A stretch of DNA of 35,761 bases from a bacterium (GCA_046757165.1 JBHHXT010000031.1:1-35761); one strand, 5' to 3'. Counted from the stretch's first letter, positions 1 through 13,301 are shown. A program made the numbers and translations. Notes: generated by a model from the letters alone, not told the origin.

Positions 1-48
1 CGCCCGCAGGGCAAATGACAGCAAATGACGAGCGAAGCTCAAAATGAC
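1..48 (+). repeat. Dispersed repeat copy (AAATGAC heptamers plus GNA-triloop mini-hairpins), truncated by the window edge
   Basis: Bases 1-43 match 15423-15465 at 41/43 positions, then (A)TGAC continues in both copies. Contains GCCC-GCA-GGGC and GAGC-GAA-GCTC hairpins. Confidence 0.85.
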
Positions 49-72
49 GGTTTTTTCTGAAACGATCGACCC

Positions 73-102
73 AAAAAAAATTATCGACAACACTTTGTCG
101 AT
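73..102 (-). terminator. Probable intrinsic terminator of the hybrid kinase gene
   Basis: Stem ATCGACAA (83-90)/TTGTCGAT (95-102) with a 4-nt loop, followed on the minus strand by AA and a T8 run; about 50 nt after the stop at 151. Confidence 0.6.
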
Positions 103-150
103 GTCTGGCGCCAAGCGCCTAGGTAGGGAGGAAAGGGAGCCCAGGGCAGG

Positions 151-3100
151 TCAATTGGAGAGGCTCACGGCGAGCCATCTTCTGACGACATGCAGAATCT
201 CCTCGGTGCCAAACGGTTTGGCAAGATAGTCGTCGCACCCTGCGTAGATGGTCTTCTCGCGGTCCCCCTTCATCGCTTTGGCTGTCACCGCCACTATCGG
301 GGTGCGTTTGAATTTATCGCTTTCGCGCAGGGCGCGGGTGGTTTCGTAGCCATTCATCCCCGGCATCATGATATCCATCAAGATCAAATTCGGTTGAATC
401 AAATCGGCCTTTTCCAGCGCCTCGCGGCCCTCGTTGGCAAAAAAGACCTGGTAGCCGGCACTCTCCAGAATAATACGGACAGAATACTGCGTATCCTTAT
501 CATCATCGACGAGCAGGATTTTGGAACCCAGTTGCGCATCCATGCCGTTCTTCCCAGGTCCGCGTCTTTTGCGCTTACCAAAACTCAGCAAACGCGGCCA
601 GTCAAACAGACCTCGCCGTTTCTTCTCTTTTGCAAACGCAGCCAGATAGTTCATGAGCGTTTCCGGCTCAAAAGGTTTGGTCAGGTATTCATCCGCACCT
701 AACTCGAGGGCGCGCTCTTTCTCCGAAAGAATCGTAGTCATGATCACTGGAATAGCTTTGGTGTCTTCATCAGATTTCAACATTTGCAGAATCTCCCAGC
801 CGCTCTGGTTCGGCATGAGCACATCCAGTGTAATGGCGAACGGCTCATAGCGCTTTGCCAGGTGCAGCACGTCTTCGCCATTGCTGCAAAAGACGACCTG
901 ATAATCCCCCTCCCGCAAATAGTGAGAAATGATGTAGAGTGAATCCTTCTCATCGTCCACAACCAGAATCGTTCGCTTGTTGGGAACCAGGTTGAGGCGA
1001 TCATCTGTCACTTCCAGCGTGGACTCGGATGCGTTGTCCTCAGGTGGCGTTGCTTCGATCTGATGCGCTTCCACCGGCTTGACGTCTTTCCTGGATCTCA
1101 CCGGGAAGACAATGGTGAACGTGGAGCCTTTTCCGAGCTCGCTTTCGACGTGGACAGAGCCACCGATGATTCCCAGCACCTTTTTGGTGATCGCCAAACC
1201 CAATCCAGTCCCGCCATACATGCGCGAATCCGTGCTGTCTATCTGATGGAATTCCTTGAAAATCTCCTGCAGTCGCTCTGCCGGAATTCCAATGCCCGTG
1301 TCAAAAACATCGATTCTGATCTCCTTCCGGTTCTGAACGCTCATGTTCACCGAAATGCCGCCGGTGCGGGTAAACTTAACGGCGTTGCTGAGAACATTCG
1401 TGAGCGCCTTTGTCAATTTGTCCTGATCCGTATAGACCGTATCCGGCACGTTCCTGGCGAAGTCATAGTCTAGAGTCAAGCCTTTTCTCAGGCACAGAGG
1501 ACGGATGTGCTCAATCGTTTCTTCGACCACGGCGGGAAGCGGGACTTCGGCATAAACAGGCTGTACCCCCCCTGATTCTATTTTCGAGAGGTCCAGGATA
1601 TCGTTGATGAGATTGAGCAGATTCCTGCCGCTTCTCTGAATGATCTGCATTTGCTTGAGCTGCTCAGAACCCTCGCTTTCAGCCAGGGTGCGCAGGAGGA
1701 TATCCGACAGCGTGATGATGGCATTGAGCGGCGTTCTGAGCTCATGTGACATATTGGCCAGAAATTCCGATTTCATCTTGCTGGCTTTCTCCAGTTCGGC
1801 AGCTTTTTCACCCGCCTCTGTAAACAAACGGGCATTCTCGACTGCCAGGGCGGCCCGGTCGGCGAGCTCCTGGGCCAGGCGCAGCTCATCCTTCTTGTAT
1901 TTGCGCTTGGCGTCAAACAACAAATAGAGCATCGCACCAATGGTTTTGCCGCGTGCTCTTAGCGGCGTCACCATCAGAGATGAGATAGACTGAAACTTCT
2001 CGATGTAGTAGAAAGGCGGTTGGGCAAGCTCATTGCCCTCCTCGGAGAACGGTTTTGATAGCAGGCATGATTTGGCTGTCTTGACCGCCGAACCGACGAT
2101 GCCCTCACCGGCCGGGCAGGGATGTTTTTGCATGCCCTCGATAAAATACTCGACGATGGCCGGGTTGGTGTGATGAGTTGCCTCGGGAACGAGCAGATCG
2201 TTTTTTTCATCCAGCAACAACAAGCTACATAACTCACCGATAGCCATGGCGCCTCTTTGGACCACAGCGGCGATGACCTCTTCCATGTTCAGGCTGGAAT
2301 GAAAGATCTTGCCGATACCGGCCAAAAACGTCGCTTCTCGTTCATTCTCTTTTTGCGCCTGCACCAGGCGCGCATTTTCGATCGCCAGCGCACCTTTGTC
2401 GGCGAAGATTTCCAGGTCGCGAACACGATTGACATCCGGTCGCTTTCGGTCCACCGGGTCGTCAACGCTGATGGTACCCAGAATCTTGTCGCGTGTTCGA
2501 ATCGGGACCAGCAGCGCATCCAAGGAGTGCCATTCATCCGCTCCTCGTTCCCCCAGGTCGGTGAAAACGGCGTACCGGGTATCGGTGGTGATCAGGTCTT
2601 CTTCCTTGGGCACAAAGTAGGAATGGCTGATTCGGAAGCGTTCTTTGAAGTACTTCTCGGTATGCGCAAACGGAATGTCGCCCCATTTCATCACCTCTTC
2701 CACCTCGGGCACCGCAAGGCCGGCAGTCGCAACTGGCCGGGAGCAGTGCGTCTCCTCATCACGCAACGAGACGATGACTCTTTGCCACCCAAGAGACTGG
2801 ATAGCTTCGCAAATCCGGTTGATAATGACGTCCACATCAACGTTCAGCAGGATCTCCTCTCCGATTTCCAACAATTTCCCTAATTGTGAGACCTTCTTCT
2901 CCAGCTCGACGGTTCTGTCCTGGACACTTTTCTCGAGCGTCCTGGCGTGGTCCTGCAACTGGTCCTGAAGCATTTTGTACTCGGTGATGTCCCGTCCGAC
3001 CGCCATGGCCCCGATTCTCTGACTAAACCGGTCGACCAGGGGCCTGGCGTACCAACTGCACAAGATCGGTTGGCCCGCCTTTGGTGTGATCGCTGCTTCA

Positions 3101-4980
3101 AAGTTCTTGATTTCGACCTGGATGGCCGCGCCGTAATCCTTCTCGAGCCTTTTCAAATCATCGAAGAAAACCGGGAGTTTCTCTTTGCTCAACTCCTCGG
3201 CCCGGAAGCCGAGACGCCTCCGGCCATAGTCATTCAGGAAGGTGCAGTGCCCATCGTTGTCGACCACGAGCAGGATATCGGACATGCCGGAGATCAGAGA
3301 TTCGTAGTACGCCCGCGAGGCTTCCAGCTCATCGGTCTTGTTCGTCAAACGCTCGGCGTAATTCTTTAGGCTGGTTTCCAGGCTCCGGCGCCGCGTGATG
3401 TCGCGCTCGAGCCACAAACATTTGTCGTCCGAACGATGGGTGCTCTTGATCGGAACGACAGAGACTTCCCCAAGAAAGCCGCTGCCATCCTTGCGCCTGG
3501 TGTGGAACTCACCGCGCCACACCCTGCCCTCTTTAGCCAGATCCCAAATCTTTTCATGCGCAATTTCGCTGCGCTGATTATAGATGAAAATTTCAGTCGT
3601 CCGGCCCAACAACTCTTCATCTTCATAGCCGGATATCATCTCAAAGGTTTGGTTGACATAATTGATATAACCATGCGCATCGGTAATCAGCACGCCTTCG
3701 CACGAATTCTCGATGCATTCCTGAAAAACCTCCAGGTCCCGAGTTTTCTCGAGAAAGAGATTGTGCCAGTCGCGCTCGATCCTTCTGCGCTCGGTCAAAT
3801 CCGTCACGGTGTATTGGGTGCCCGAGATTTTGCCATTGGGATTGGATATCGGCACCATGTCGAGCGAAACCGGCAGCTTACGATTCTCCTGGGTCAAAAG
3901 CTCCAAGTCACATCTGCGCTGCGTGCTCTTCTTTTGCACCGAGTAATGCAGCAGCTTCTCGTAGTTGGTCGTATCAAAAAACACCGAAATGTGCAAACCG
4001 GAGATGTTTTCGTTATCATAGTGCAGCATCTCCCGGAAGGCCCGGTTGCTGAACTTCAACGTGCCACGAGAATCGGCAACCACCACCCCCTCCGACATAT
4101 TTTCAATCAACTCCAGGGTTGATTTTTGCCCGAGCGTAAAATGCCCTCTCTCGTCGTCCAGAGCAAAGCCCAGACCCGGGTCCGCTTTCAATATGCTGTT
4201 TCGAAATTCCAACAACCCGACCCAGGCAAAGGTGAGAAAAACAATTTTCCCAACATGGGTTGTATAGAAGAAAATATCTCCCGGAATCACCCAAAGCAAA
4301 TTGCTGATGTGTGTGAAAACCCCGAGCCCAAGGGCCGCCAGGAACCAGAAGGGGAAGGAAGGAAACGGCGGATGATGGTGACGCATCCTCAGGAGCAGCA
4401 AACCACCCGCGAGACTGTATGCGCCGACCGCGCCAGCATCCAGTATCTTTTTCAAAAGCAGGGGAGAGGCTGCAAAGAAACGCAAAGGCCCGACCGCCCT
4501 GGCCAGAAACAAAACCGCCCCGATGACGATTGCGCAGGTAAGAATCCCGACCGCACTCCTGGGAACAGCTTCATCCCGCAGCTTTGAAAACCCGGCGAGG
4601 ACATAAGAAGCCAGCAACATGCCTGAGAGCGTCTCAAACCCCACGGCCGTATTGATCGAAGTCGACAAGAAAAAGAGGTCATGATAGCCCGGAAAGGCAA
4701 AAACGTGTAGAATCTGAAAAACAGTGAATATCAGAAAACCCAGCGCCCAAAACAAGAATTCACGCAACGCATGCAGGGTGAAGACTCGCAGGCAAAAGAT
4801 AGCCAGGGTCAGGGCAATATAGGCGGCGAAATATCCGAGCAGGGCATGAATCTCGCCATCGAAGACAGGCGTAACAGAGAACCTTGCGAGGACGGGGAGC
4901 ATAGCTGCTAAAGGCAGAAAAACGAGCCCAACGCCGACACCCCGTGGAAGAGGAGGTGAAGACACTTTATGGGATTCCAT
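151..4980 (-). CDS. Membrane-bound hybrid sensor histidine kinase (MASE3-like TM region, 3 PAS, 2 GAF, HisKA, HATPase, 2 receiver domains)
   Basis: N-terminal hydrophobic helices with FQILHVFAFPGY; PAS starts ENMSEGVVVAD, ENSCEGVLITD and SGMSDILLVVD; GAF ends ALAIENARL and ALAVENARL; H-box SEFLANMSHELRTPLNAII; NAVKFT, DTGIGI and GGTGLGLAI boxes; receivers ILVVDDE..LDVLMP and ILLVDDD..MDIMMPGMNG. GGAGG RBS upstream. Confidence 0.93.
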   Translation of the reverse strand: MESHKVSSPPLPRGVGVGLVFLPLAAMLPVLARFSVTPVFDGEIHALLGYFAAYIALTLAIFCLRVFTLHALREFLFWALGFLIFTVFQILHVFAFPGYHDLFFLSTSINTAVGFETLSGMLLASYVLAGFSKLRDEAVPRSAVGILTCAIVIGAVLFLARAVGPLRFFAASPLLLKKILDAGAVGAYSLAGGLLLLRMRHHHPPFPSFPFWFLAALGLGVFTHISNLLWVIPGDIFFYTTHVGKIVFLTFAWVGLLEFRNSILKADPGLGFALDDERGHFTLGQKSTLELIENMSEGVVVADSRGTLKFSNRAFREMLHYDNENISGLHISVFFDTTNYEKLLHYSVQKKSTQRRCDLELLTQENRKLPVSLDMVPISNPNGKISGTQYTVTDLTERRRIERDWHNLFLEKTRDLEVFQECIENSCEGVLITDAHGYINYVNQTFEMISGYEDEELLGRTTEIFIYNQRSEIAHEKIWDLAKEGRVWRGEFHTRRKDGSGFLGEVSVVPIKSTHRSDDKCLWLERDITRRRSLETSLKNYAERLTNKTDELEASRAYYESLISGMSDILLVVDNDGHCTFLNDYGRRRLGFRAEELSKEKLPVFFDDLKRLEKDYGAAIQVEIKNFEAAITPKAGQPILCSWYARPLVDRFSQRIGAMAVGRDITEYKMLQDQLQDHARTLEKSVQDRTVELEKKVSQLGKLLEIGEEILLNVDVDVIINRICEAIQSLGWQRVIVSLRDEETHCSRPVATAGLAVPEVEEVMKWGDIPFAHTEKYFKERFRISHSYFVPKEEDLITTDTRYAVFTDLGERGADEWHSLDALLVPIRTRDKILGTISVDDPVDRKRPDVNRVRDLEIFADKGALAIENARLVQAQKENEREATFLAGIGKIFHSSLNMEEVIAAVVQRGAMAIGELCSLLLLDEKNDLLVPEATHHTNPAIVEYFIEGMQKHPCPAGEGIVGSAVKTAKSCLLSKPFSEEGNELAQPPFYYIEKFQSISSLMVTPLRARGKTIGAMLYLLFDAKRKYKKDELRLAQELADRAALAVENARLFTEAGEKAAELEKASKMKSEFLANMSHELRTPLNAIITLSDILLRTLAESEGSEQLKQMQIIQRSGRNLLNLINDILDLSKIESGGVQPVYAEVPLPAVVEETIEHIRPLCLRKGLTLDYDFARNVPDTVYTDQDKLTKALTNVLSNAVKFTRTGGISVNMSVQNRKEIRIDVFDTGIGIPAERLQEIFKEFHQIDSTDSRMYGGTGLGLAITKKVLGIIGGSVHVESELGKGSTFTIVFPVRSRKDVKPVEAHQIEATPPEDNASESTLEVTDDRLNLVPNKRTILVVDDEKDSLYIISHYLREGDYQVVFCSNGEDVLHLAKRYEPFAITLDVLMPNQSGWEILQMLKSDEDTKAIPVIMTTILSEKERALELGADEYLTKPFEPETLMNYLAAFAKEKKRRGLFDWPRLLSFGKRKRRGPGKNGMDAQLGSKILLVDDDKDTQYSVRIILESAGYQVFFANEGREALEKADLIQPNLILMDIMMPGMNGYETTRALRESDKFKRTPIVAVTAKAMKGDREKTIYAGCDDYLAKPFGTEEILHVVRRWLAVSLSN

Positions 4981-5014
4981 CCAATGCCTCCCAAAAACTG
5001 TAAACCTCGAGCCG

Positions 5015-5049
5015 GAAATTCGAAATCCTAAGCTCCAAATTCGAAAAAA
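5015..5049 (+). repeat. Degenerate heptamer tandem repeat
   Basis: GAAATTC GAAATCC TAAGCTC CAAATTC GAAAAAA: 7-nt periodicity in the intergenic region. Confidence 0.5.
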
Positions 5050-5119
5050 ACCGGGCCTGCAAAAAGTCTTGCCAAAACGTGGCAGAAGATAACGCGTCAG
5101 GTATTAAAACCTGAACATC

Positions 5120-5503
5120 TTAGCGTTTAGCAAAAGTCGACCAAAACGCTCTTCCTCCCTTGACCAGCGCAGAGAGGACCGCCGTAATGTCTAACAAGGG
5201 CCGCTCGATGCGCTCCTGGATCATCGCCTCAAATTCCTTCAGGTTGCGGGTCGTGTCTCTGACGGCCGTCAAACTGTCCCCGACCTTATCCATCTCCTTT
5301 TCCACAGACTTGACGATCGTCCGAACGTCCGCAATGATTTGCGTGACATCATGCGCGATTGGAGCCAGTTGCAGCCGCGTCATCTCAAAAAGTTTTTGCG
5401 CTTCACCAAAGGCCCTCACCGCTTTCACCAGAGCTGCAATAAGAAAAAAGGTGTTGACCAACAGCAGGCCGGCAATGATTGCGACACTGATAGAAATGTC
5501 CAT
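5120..5503 (-). CDS. DUF948/YoxC-like membrane-anchored coiled-coil protein
   Basis: N-terminal TM helix followed by heptad-rich helical region; directly downstream of a YtxH-domain gene, a common pairing. Confidence 0.7.
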   Translation of the reverse strand: MDISISVAIIAGLLLVNTFFLIAALVKAVRAFGEAQKLFEMTRLQLAPIAHDVTQIIADVRTIVKSVEKEMDKVGDSLTAVRDTTRNLKEFEAMIQERIERPLLDITAVLSALVKGGRAFWSTFAKR

Positions 5504-5575
5504 ATTCGAGGTTGGTTTATTACAACAACAAGTGAATTTGATTCCGTCTATTGTGCAACACGTTCGCTGGCCTGC

Positions 5576-9477
<3,902 letters not shown>

Positions 9478-9498
9478 GGGTGCCTCTTCCCCGTCGGT

Positions 9499-9927
9499 CT
9501 ACAAATCGAAAATGATTTGAGCTTCACAACCGTTGCTCCGTTCCTCGATGTACAATCCGTGATACGTGACCGCCTTGACTTCGGTGTAGATCTCGTGCTT
9601 GTCCAGATCGAGTGGTTCGCCACCAATCCTGGCCAACAACCGTCTTTCGTTGAGCTGGCTGATCTCGAAATCCGCAAAAATCATTTCTTGCGTCAGGAAC
9701 AAATAATTCAACTCCGAGAGCCAGCGTACAAGAAGCGCTTCCCGGTCCGTCGACTCCACATGAACGTCACGAAAATCACGGCAGGCAACTTTGTCGAGAT
9801 TGGTGATGAGATCGAACAGGCCGGCGGCGGCGTTTTCAAACAACGTCTTCATGTCCGATGCAAACACTTTGATGCCTGCATCAGCCGTGTGCTCAATATG
9901 ATTAAATTTCGGCAAGCTGGTTTGCAT
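9499..9927 (-). CDS. Archease (RtcB activator)
   Basis: EHTAD near the N-terminus, EVKAVTYH, terminal IIFDL. Start moved to ATG 9927 because the upstream extension overlaps a promoter. Confidence 0.92.
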   Translation of the reverse strand: MQTSLPKFNHIEHTADAGIKVFASDMKTLFENAAAGLFDLITNLDKVACRDFRDVHVESTDREALLVRWLSELNYLFLTQEMIFADFEISQLNERRLLARIGGEPLDLDKHEIYTEVKAVTYHGLYIEERSNGCEAQIIFDL

Positions 9928-9933
9928 CGCTGC

Positions 9934-9962
9934 AATATATAAAACAAATATTGAAAATTCAA
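9934..9962 (-). promoter_or_regulatory. Sigma70-type promoter for archease-rtcB-ligA, probably producing leaderless mRNA
   Basis: TTGAAT (9962-9957), 17 nt, TATATT (9939-9934); the ATG begins 7 nt after the -10 box and has no SD. Confidence 0.55.
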
Positions 9963-10022
9963 TAAGACGTTGCATAAATTTAATTTATAAAGCAACTTAA
10001 ATGTTCCTGCAACCAAGACAAC

Positions 10023-10058
10023 AAAAAAAGCCTGCTACAAAAACGATTTGTAGCAGGC
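10023..10058 (-). terminator. Intrinsic terminator after tRNA-Pro
   Basis: 12-bp stem GCCTGCTACAAA (10030-10041)/TTTGTAGCAGGC (10047-10058), followed by T7 on the minus strand. Confidence 0.85.
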
Positions 10059-10061
10059 CTG

Positions 10062-10138
<77 letters not shown>

Positions 10139-10162
10139 AAGATGAATTCGATGTTCTGGTTT

Positions 10163-10783
10163 CTAAATTCTTATCTCGCCGCTCTTGACCAACTGCTTAA
10201 AATTCAAAAAGGCTTGCGAACGGTGGCTGATGGCATTCTTCTTTTTCAAACTCATCTGGGCAAACGTGCAGTCATATTCTGGCACATAAAAGACCGGGTC
10301 GTATCCAAAGCCGTGTTCGCCGCGCGGCTGCTCGCAAATCCATCCGTCACACATGCCCTCAACGGTTCTGGTGGTCTCACCATCTGTAAACGCCACGACG
10401 CAGCGGAATCTCGCGCCCCGCTTCTCGCGCGGCACGCCTTGCAGCTCATGCAACAACTTCTTGACATTATCAGCGTAGCTGGCCGCCTCACCGGCGTAGC
10501 GACTGGAAAAGACACCAGGCGCGCCATCCAGGAACGCCACCTCGAGTCCGGTGTCGTCTGCCACGGCTGCAAGCCCTGTGTGTCGCGAAAGCGTTTTCGC
10601 TTTCTTGATGGCGTTCTCCTCGAGCGTTGCACCATCTTCAACGACTTCCGGTACTTCCGGGAAGGCGGTCAGCGGGACAAGCTCAACCTCGAGGTCGGCG
10701 AGGAGAGTTCGGATCTCGAGGACTTTATCCTGATTTCCGGTCGCCAAAACCAACTTCCCGTGCACGGCAACGAATCTCGCCAT
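10163..10783 (-). CDS. rdgB: dITP/XTP pyrophosphatase (Ham1 family)
   Basis: LATGNQDK, ENAIKKA, ADDTGL, GAPGVFSSRY, GFGYDPVF, KNAISHR. True start may be the downstream GTG (VHGKLVLA). Confidence 0.95.
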   Translation of the reverse strand: MARFVAVHGKLVLATGNQDKVLEIRTLLADLEVELVPLTAFPEVPEVVEDGATLEENAIKKAKTLSRHTGLAAVADDTGLEVAFLDGAPGVFSSRYAGEAASYADNVKKLLHELQGVPREKRGARFRCVVAFTDGETTRTVEGMCDGWICEQPRGEHGFGYDPVFYVPEYDCTFAQMSLKKKNAISHRSQAFLNFKQLVKSGEIRI

Positions 10784-11095
10784 TTAGTTCGATGGGTGAC
10801 CGGCTGACTGCACACCGCCCGCCGCACTCTCATAGAGATCGATCCAATCGACGATGCCAACGACCGCGGCATCGATGGGCACCAGCTCCGCCGGGTATGG
10901 CAGCGTCGCTTCGCGCGCCGTCACATAGTAGACCAGCTCTCCGGGACCGGCGCCGGCCGTGTCCACCGCAACAATTGGGGAGCCGATTTCATTTTCATGG
11001 TGGTCCATTGGCTGAATGATTTGCATCTTAGCGCCCACCAGACTGGCATCTTTTTGCGTCGCCCAAATGGTGCCGATGACTCTGGCTAGGTTCAT
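10784..11095 (-). CDS. EutN/CcmL family microcompartment vertex (BMC-P) protein
   Basis: MNLARVIGTIWATQKD, VAVDTAGAGPGE, IDAAVVGIVD; ATGA overlap with the upstream paralogue. Confidence 0.92.
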   Translation of the reverse strand: MNLARVIGTIWATQKDASLVGAKMQIIQPMDHHENEIGSPIVAVDTAGAGPGELVYYVTAREATLPYPAELVPIDAAVVGIVDWIDLYESAAGGVQSAGHPSN

Positions 11096-11361
11096 TCAGC
11101 CACATCCAATTGGTCAACAATCGCCATAATCGTCGCGTCCACCGCCTTATTTTCTGTCAGAATCGTTTGCCGGGCAGAGCTGCCCTGGCAAATCAACACG
11201 ATTTCGCCGACACCCGCACCGACTGCATCCACGGCCACAAGGAAGCCTTGTTTTTCCGTGTAATCGAGCTCAACGGGGCGCACGATCTGCAGTTTCATGC
11301 CAACCAGCCTTTCATCTTTTCTTGTTGCCCAGACCGTGCCGACAACTTTTGCAAGGATCAA
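11092..11361 (-). CDS. EutN/CcmL family microcompartment vertex (BMC-P) protein
   Basis: LAKVVGTVWATRKD, VAVDAVGAGVGE, GSSAR, VDATIMAIVD; TTG start after a GGAG RBS. Confidence 0.93.
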   Translation of the reverse strand: MILAKVVGTVWATRKDERLVGMKLQIVRPVELDYTEKQGFLVAVDAVGAGVGEIVLICQGSSARQTILTENKAVDATIMAIVDQLDVAE

Positions 11362-11423
11362 ATCGCTCTCCGTTAACCCGCGTAGACTTCTGCACTGGCT
11401 ATGCGCTCAACTAACGAGCACCT

Positions 11424-11451
11424 AATTTAACAATATTTGAAAAAAAGTCAA
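11424..11451 (-). promoter_or_regulatory. Sigma70-type promoter for eutN-eutN-rdgB-tRNA-Pro
   Basis: TTGACT (11451-11446), 16 nt, extended -10 TGnTAAATT (11432-11424). Confidence 0.55.
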
Positions 11452-12674
11452 TAGGATTCCAGCAGTTTCTTCAACCTCATCATTTCGCTCTCCAGCCGAT
11501 TGATCCGTCTTTCGAGCACCTCGTTTTTTTCAAGAAAATGCAAGAGAACATTTCGAGACTCGAGCGTTTCTGAAGGTCGGGGGAGAAACTCTGCACCGGG
11601 GTTGGGGAAACTCGCACGCGCCGCTAACGTGTCAATGGCGGTTTTTTCACCCACTTTGACGTTGGTCAGCAGGATCTTGTCCCCGCGCCTGTACTCCAGT
11701 GAAACGGTTTCACCCGGGGGTGTGTACTCTACCAGGCGGGCGAGCTCAGAAATGCTTCGGACTTCTTTGTAGGAGAATCTGAGGATCACGTCCCCTTCCA
11801 CCAACCCGGCTTGCTGCGCCGGACTGTCTTCTTTGATTTGACTAACCTTTGGCTTCTGACCATCGCGGTACCCGACCACGCCCAACCATCCTTTGCGGAC
11901 ATACCCAAACTTGATGATATCGTTGGCAATGCGCTTGACCCAGTTGATGGGATAAGCCAGGGTCGGGGAATGGAAATCCCCCAGGGGAAGCTCGGACATG
12001 GCGCTGGCGGGATTGAGCTGTCCAGCAACCACGCCAACCACTTCACCTTGCAGATTGATGATGGGACTGCCGTTGTTCCCCGGGTTCAAAATGGCAGAGA
12101 GCTGAATCATGCCGTCGTTTCGCAAGCCGTTGACCGACCCAAATGTGATCGATGGGTAGACGCCCAGTGAATTCCCGATCATGAAATTCCAGGAACCCAG
12201 CAGGACCTCATCCGAATCCCCCAGACGCGCCGGCGCGACATTCTCCACCTCGATCTTCAACACGGACAGACCCGTCTCCGGGTCCTGTCCAACAAACTGC
12301 GCGGGCACCTCACGGCCGTCCACAAGGGTGACCACGTTCTTCTCCGCTCCCCACACGATGCTGCTGCGTGTCAAGATGTAGCCGGCTTCATTGAAAATGA
12401 CGCCGCTTCCGATGTTGATGTAGGAAAGGGATTTCTTCTCTGTTTCTGACCTGAAGAAAGAAAGAATCCCTCTTTCTTTCTCGATGGACACCTCCTGGGA
12501 AAAATAAGAGGTCACAGTGACAATAGATTCCTTGGTGGAACCGATTAGGACCAGAATTTCCTTTTCCAGGGCTGCGAGAGTTTCGCCCGCAAATGCGAGC
12601 TGAACGCCGGTGGGCAGGACCAGGAGCAAGCAGACGACAAGGCCAACGTCGAATTTTGTCTTTACAACACGCAC
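11448..12674 (-). CDS. HtrA/DegS-like trypsin-fold plus PDZ protein, predicted catalytically inactive, with C-terminal coiled coil
   Basis: Signal peptide/TM; IGSGVIF..GYILT; ARLGDSD; IGNSLG; IQLSAILNPGNNGSPIINLQGEVVGV; PDZ GWLGV..SPAQQAGL..GDVI. Triad positions read S, G and N instead of H, D and S. Confidence 0.88.
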   Translation of the reverse strand: MRVVKTKFDVGLVVCLLLVLPTGVQLAFAGETLAALEKEILVLIGSTKESIVTVTSYFSQEVSIEKERGILSFFRSETEKKSLSYINIGSGVIFNEAGYILTRSSIVWGAEKNVVTLVDGREVPAQFVGQDPETGLSVLKIEVENVAPARLGDSDEVLLGSWNFMIGNSLGVYPSITFGSVNGLRNDGMIQLSAILNPGNNGSPIINLQGEVVGVVAGQLNPASAMSELPLGDFHSPTLAYPINWVKRIANDIIKFGYVRKGWLGVVGYRDGQKPKVSQIKEDSPAQQAGLVEGDVILRFSYKEVRSISELARLVEYTPPGETVSLEYRRGDKILLTNVKVGEKTAIDTLAARASFPNPGAEFLPRPSETLESRNVLLHFLEKNEVLERRINRLESEMMRLKKLLESY

Positions 12675-12722
12675 GAGTTCAACTTCGAATCAAAGATGGA
12701 CATGACAAAAGCCAACATCCAG

Positions 12723-13301
12723 CTAAAACTCAACTTGCAAGATAGGGCTCTCTGAGGCGCCATGTTTTGAAGAATCAATCTTGCTGGCGTTTGGCGGGGT
12801 TAGTCGGTCGATGGCCGATCCGCCCTGTGGCAAAAGCACCTGGTCAACCGGTACGTACCGAACGGGAAGAGAATTGGTCAAGCCATTTCCGGAGTCGTTT
12901 CGGCTCACCTGATAGCTTGGGAATGAAGACGAAGATACCGGAATCCGATTGCTGAGCTTGGAGTCGGTCAGGTTCAAGAGAAAAATGATGGCAACCGCGG
13001 CCAGCGCCCCGGTAGTGACCATCGCCGGAGTCCGAAGCGTGCCGGCACCCCCCCCCAGCCTGCTCATGCTCCTTTCCATCTTGATGCGAGTCCGGAGAAC
13101 CGTGTCAAAATCCGGCGAGATCTTGACAGACCGGAGACCTCGGAGCCGGGTCTTCAAGGCCTTGACCTGATCGTAAAACGCTCGTGCCTCCGCATCGTCT
13201 TGCAACTGTTCGTCGATTCTCTTTCTGGCATCCAGGGGCAGCAGACCATCAATATAGTCGAAGATGTCGTCTCTGAATTTGTCCCAATTTCTCATAGGCA
13301 T
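12723..13301 (-). CDS. Putative transmembrane anti-sigma factor
   Basis: Directly downstream of an ECF sigma gene; N-terminal ASD-like IFDYIDGLL..., PDFDTVLRTRI linker, single TM helix, low-complexity periplasmic tail. Confidence 0.75.
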   Translation of the reverse strand: MPMRNWDKFRDDIFDYIDGLLPLDARKRIDEQLQDDAEARAFYDQVKALKTRLRGLRSVKISPDFDTVLRTRIKMERSMSRLGGGAGTLRTPAMVTTGALAAVAIIFLLNLTDSKLSNRIPVSSSSFPSYQVSRNDSGNGLTNSLPVRYVPVDQVLLPQGGSAIDRLTPPNASKIDSSKHGASESPILQVEF

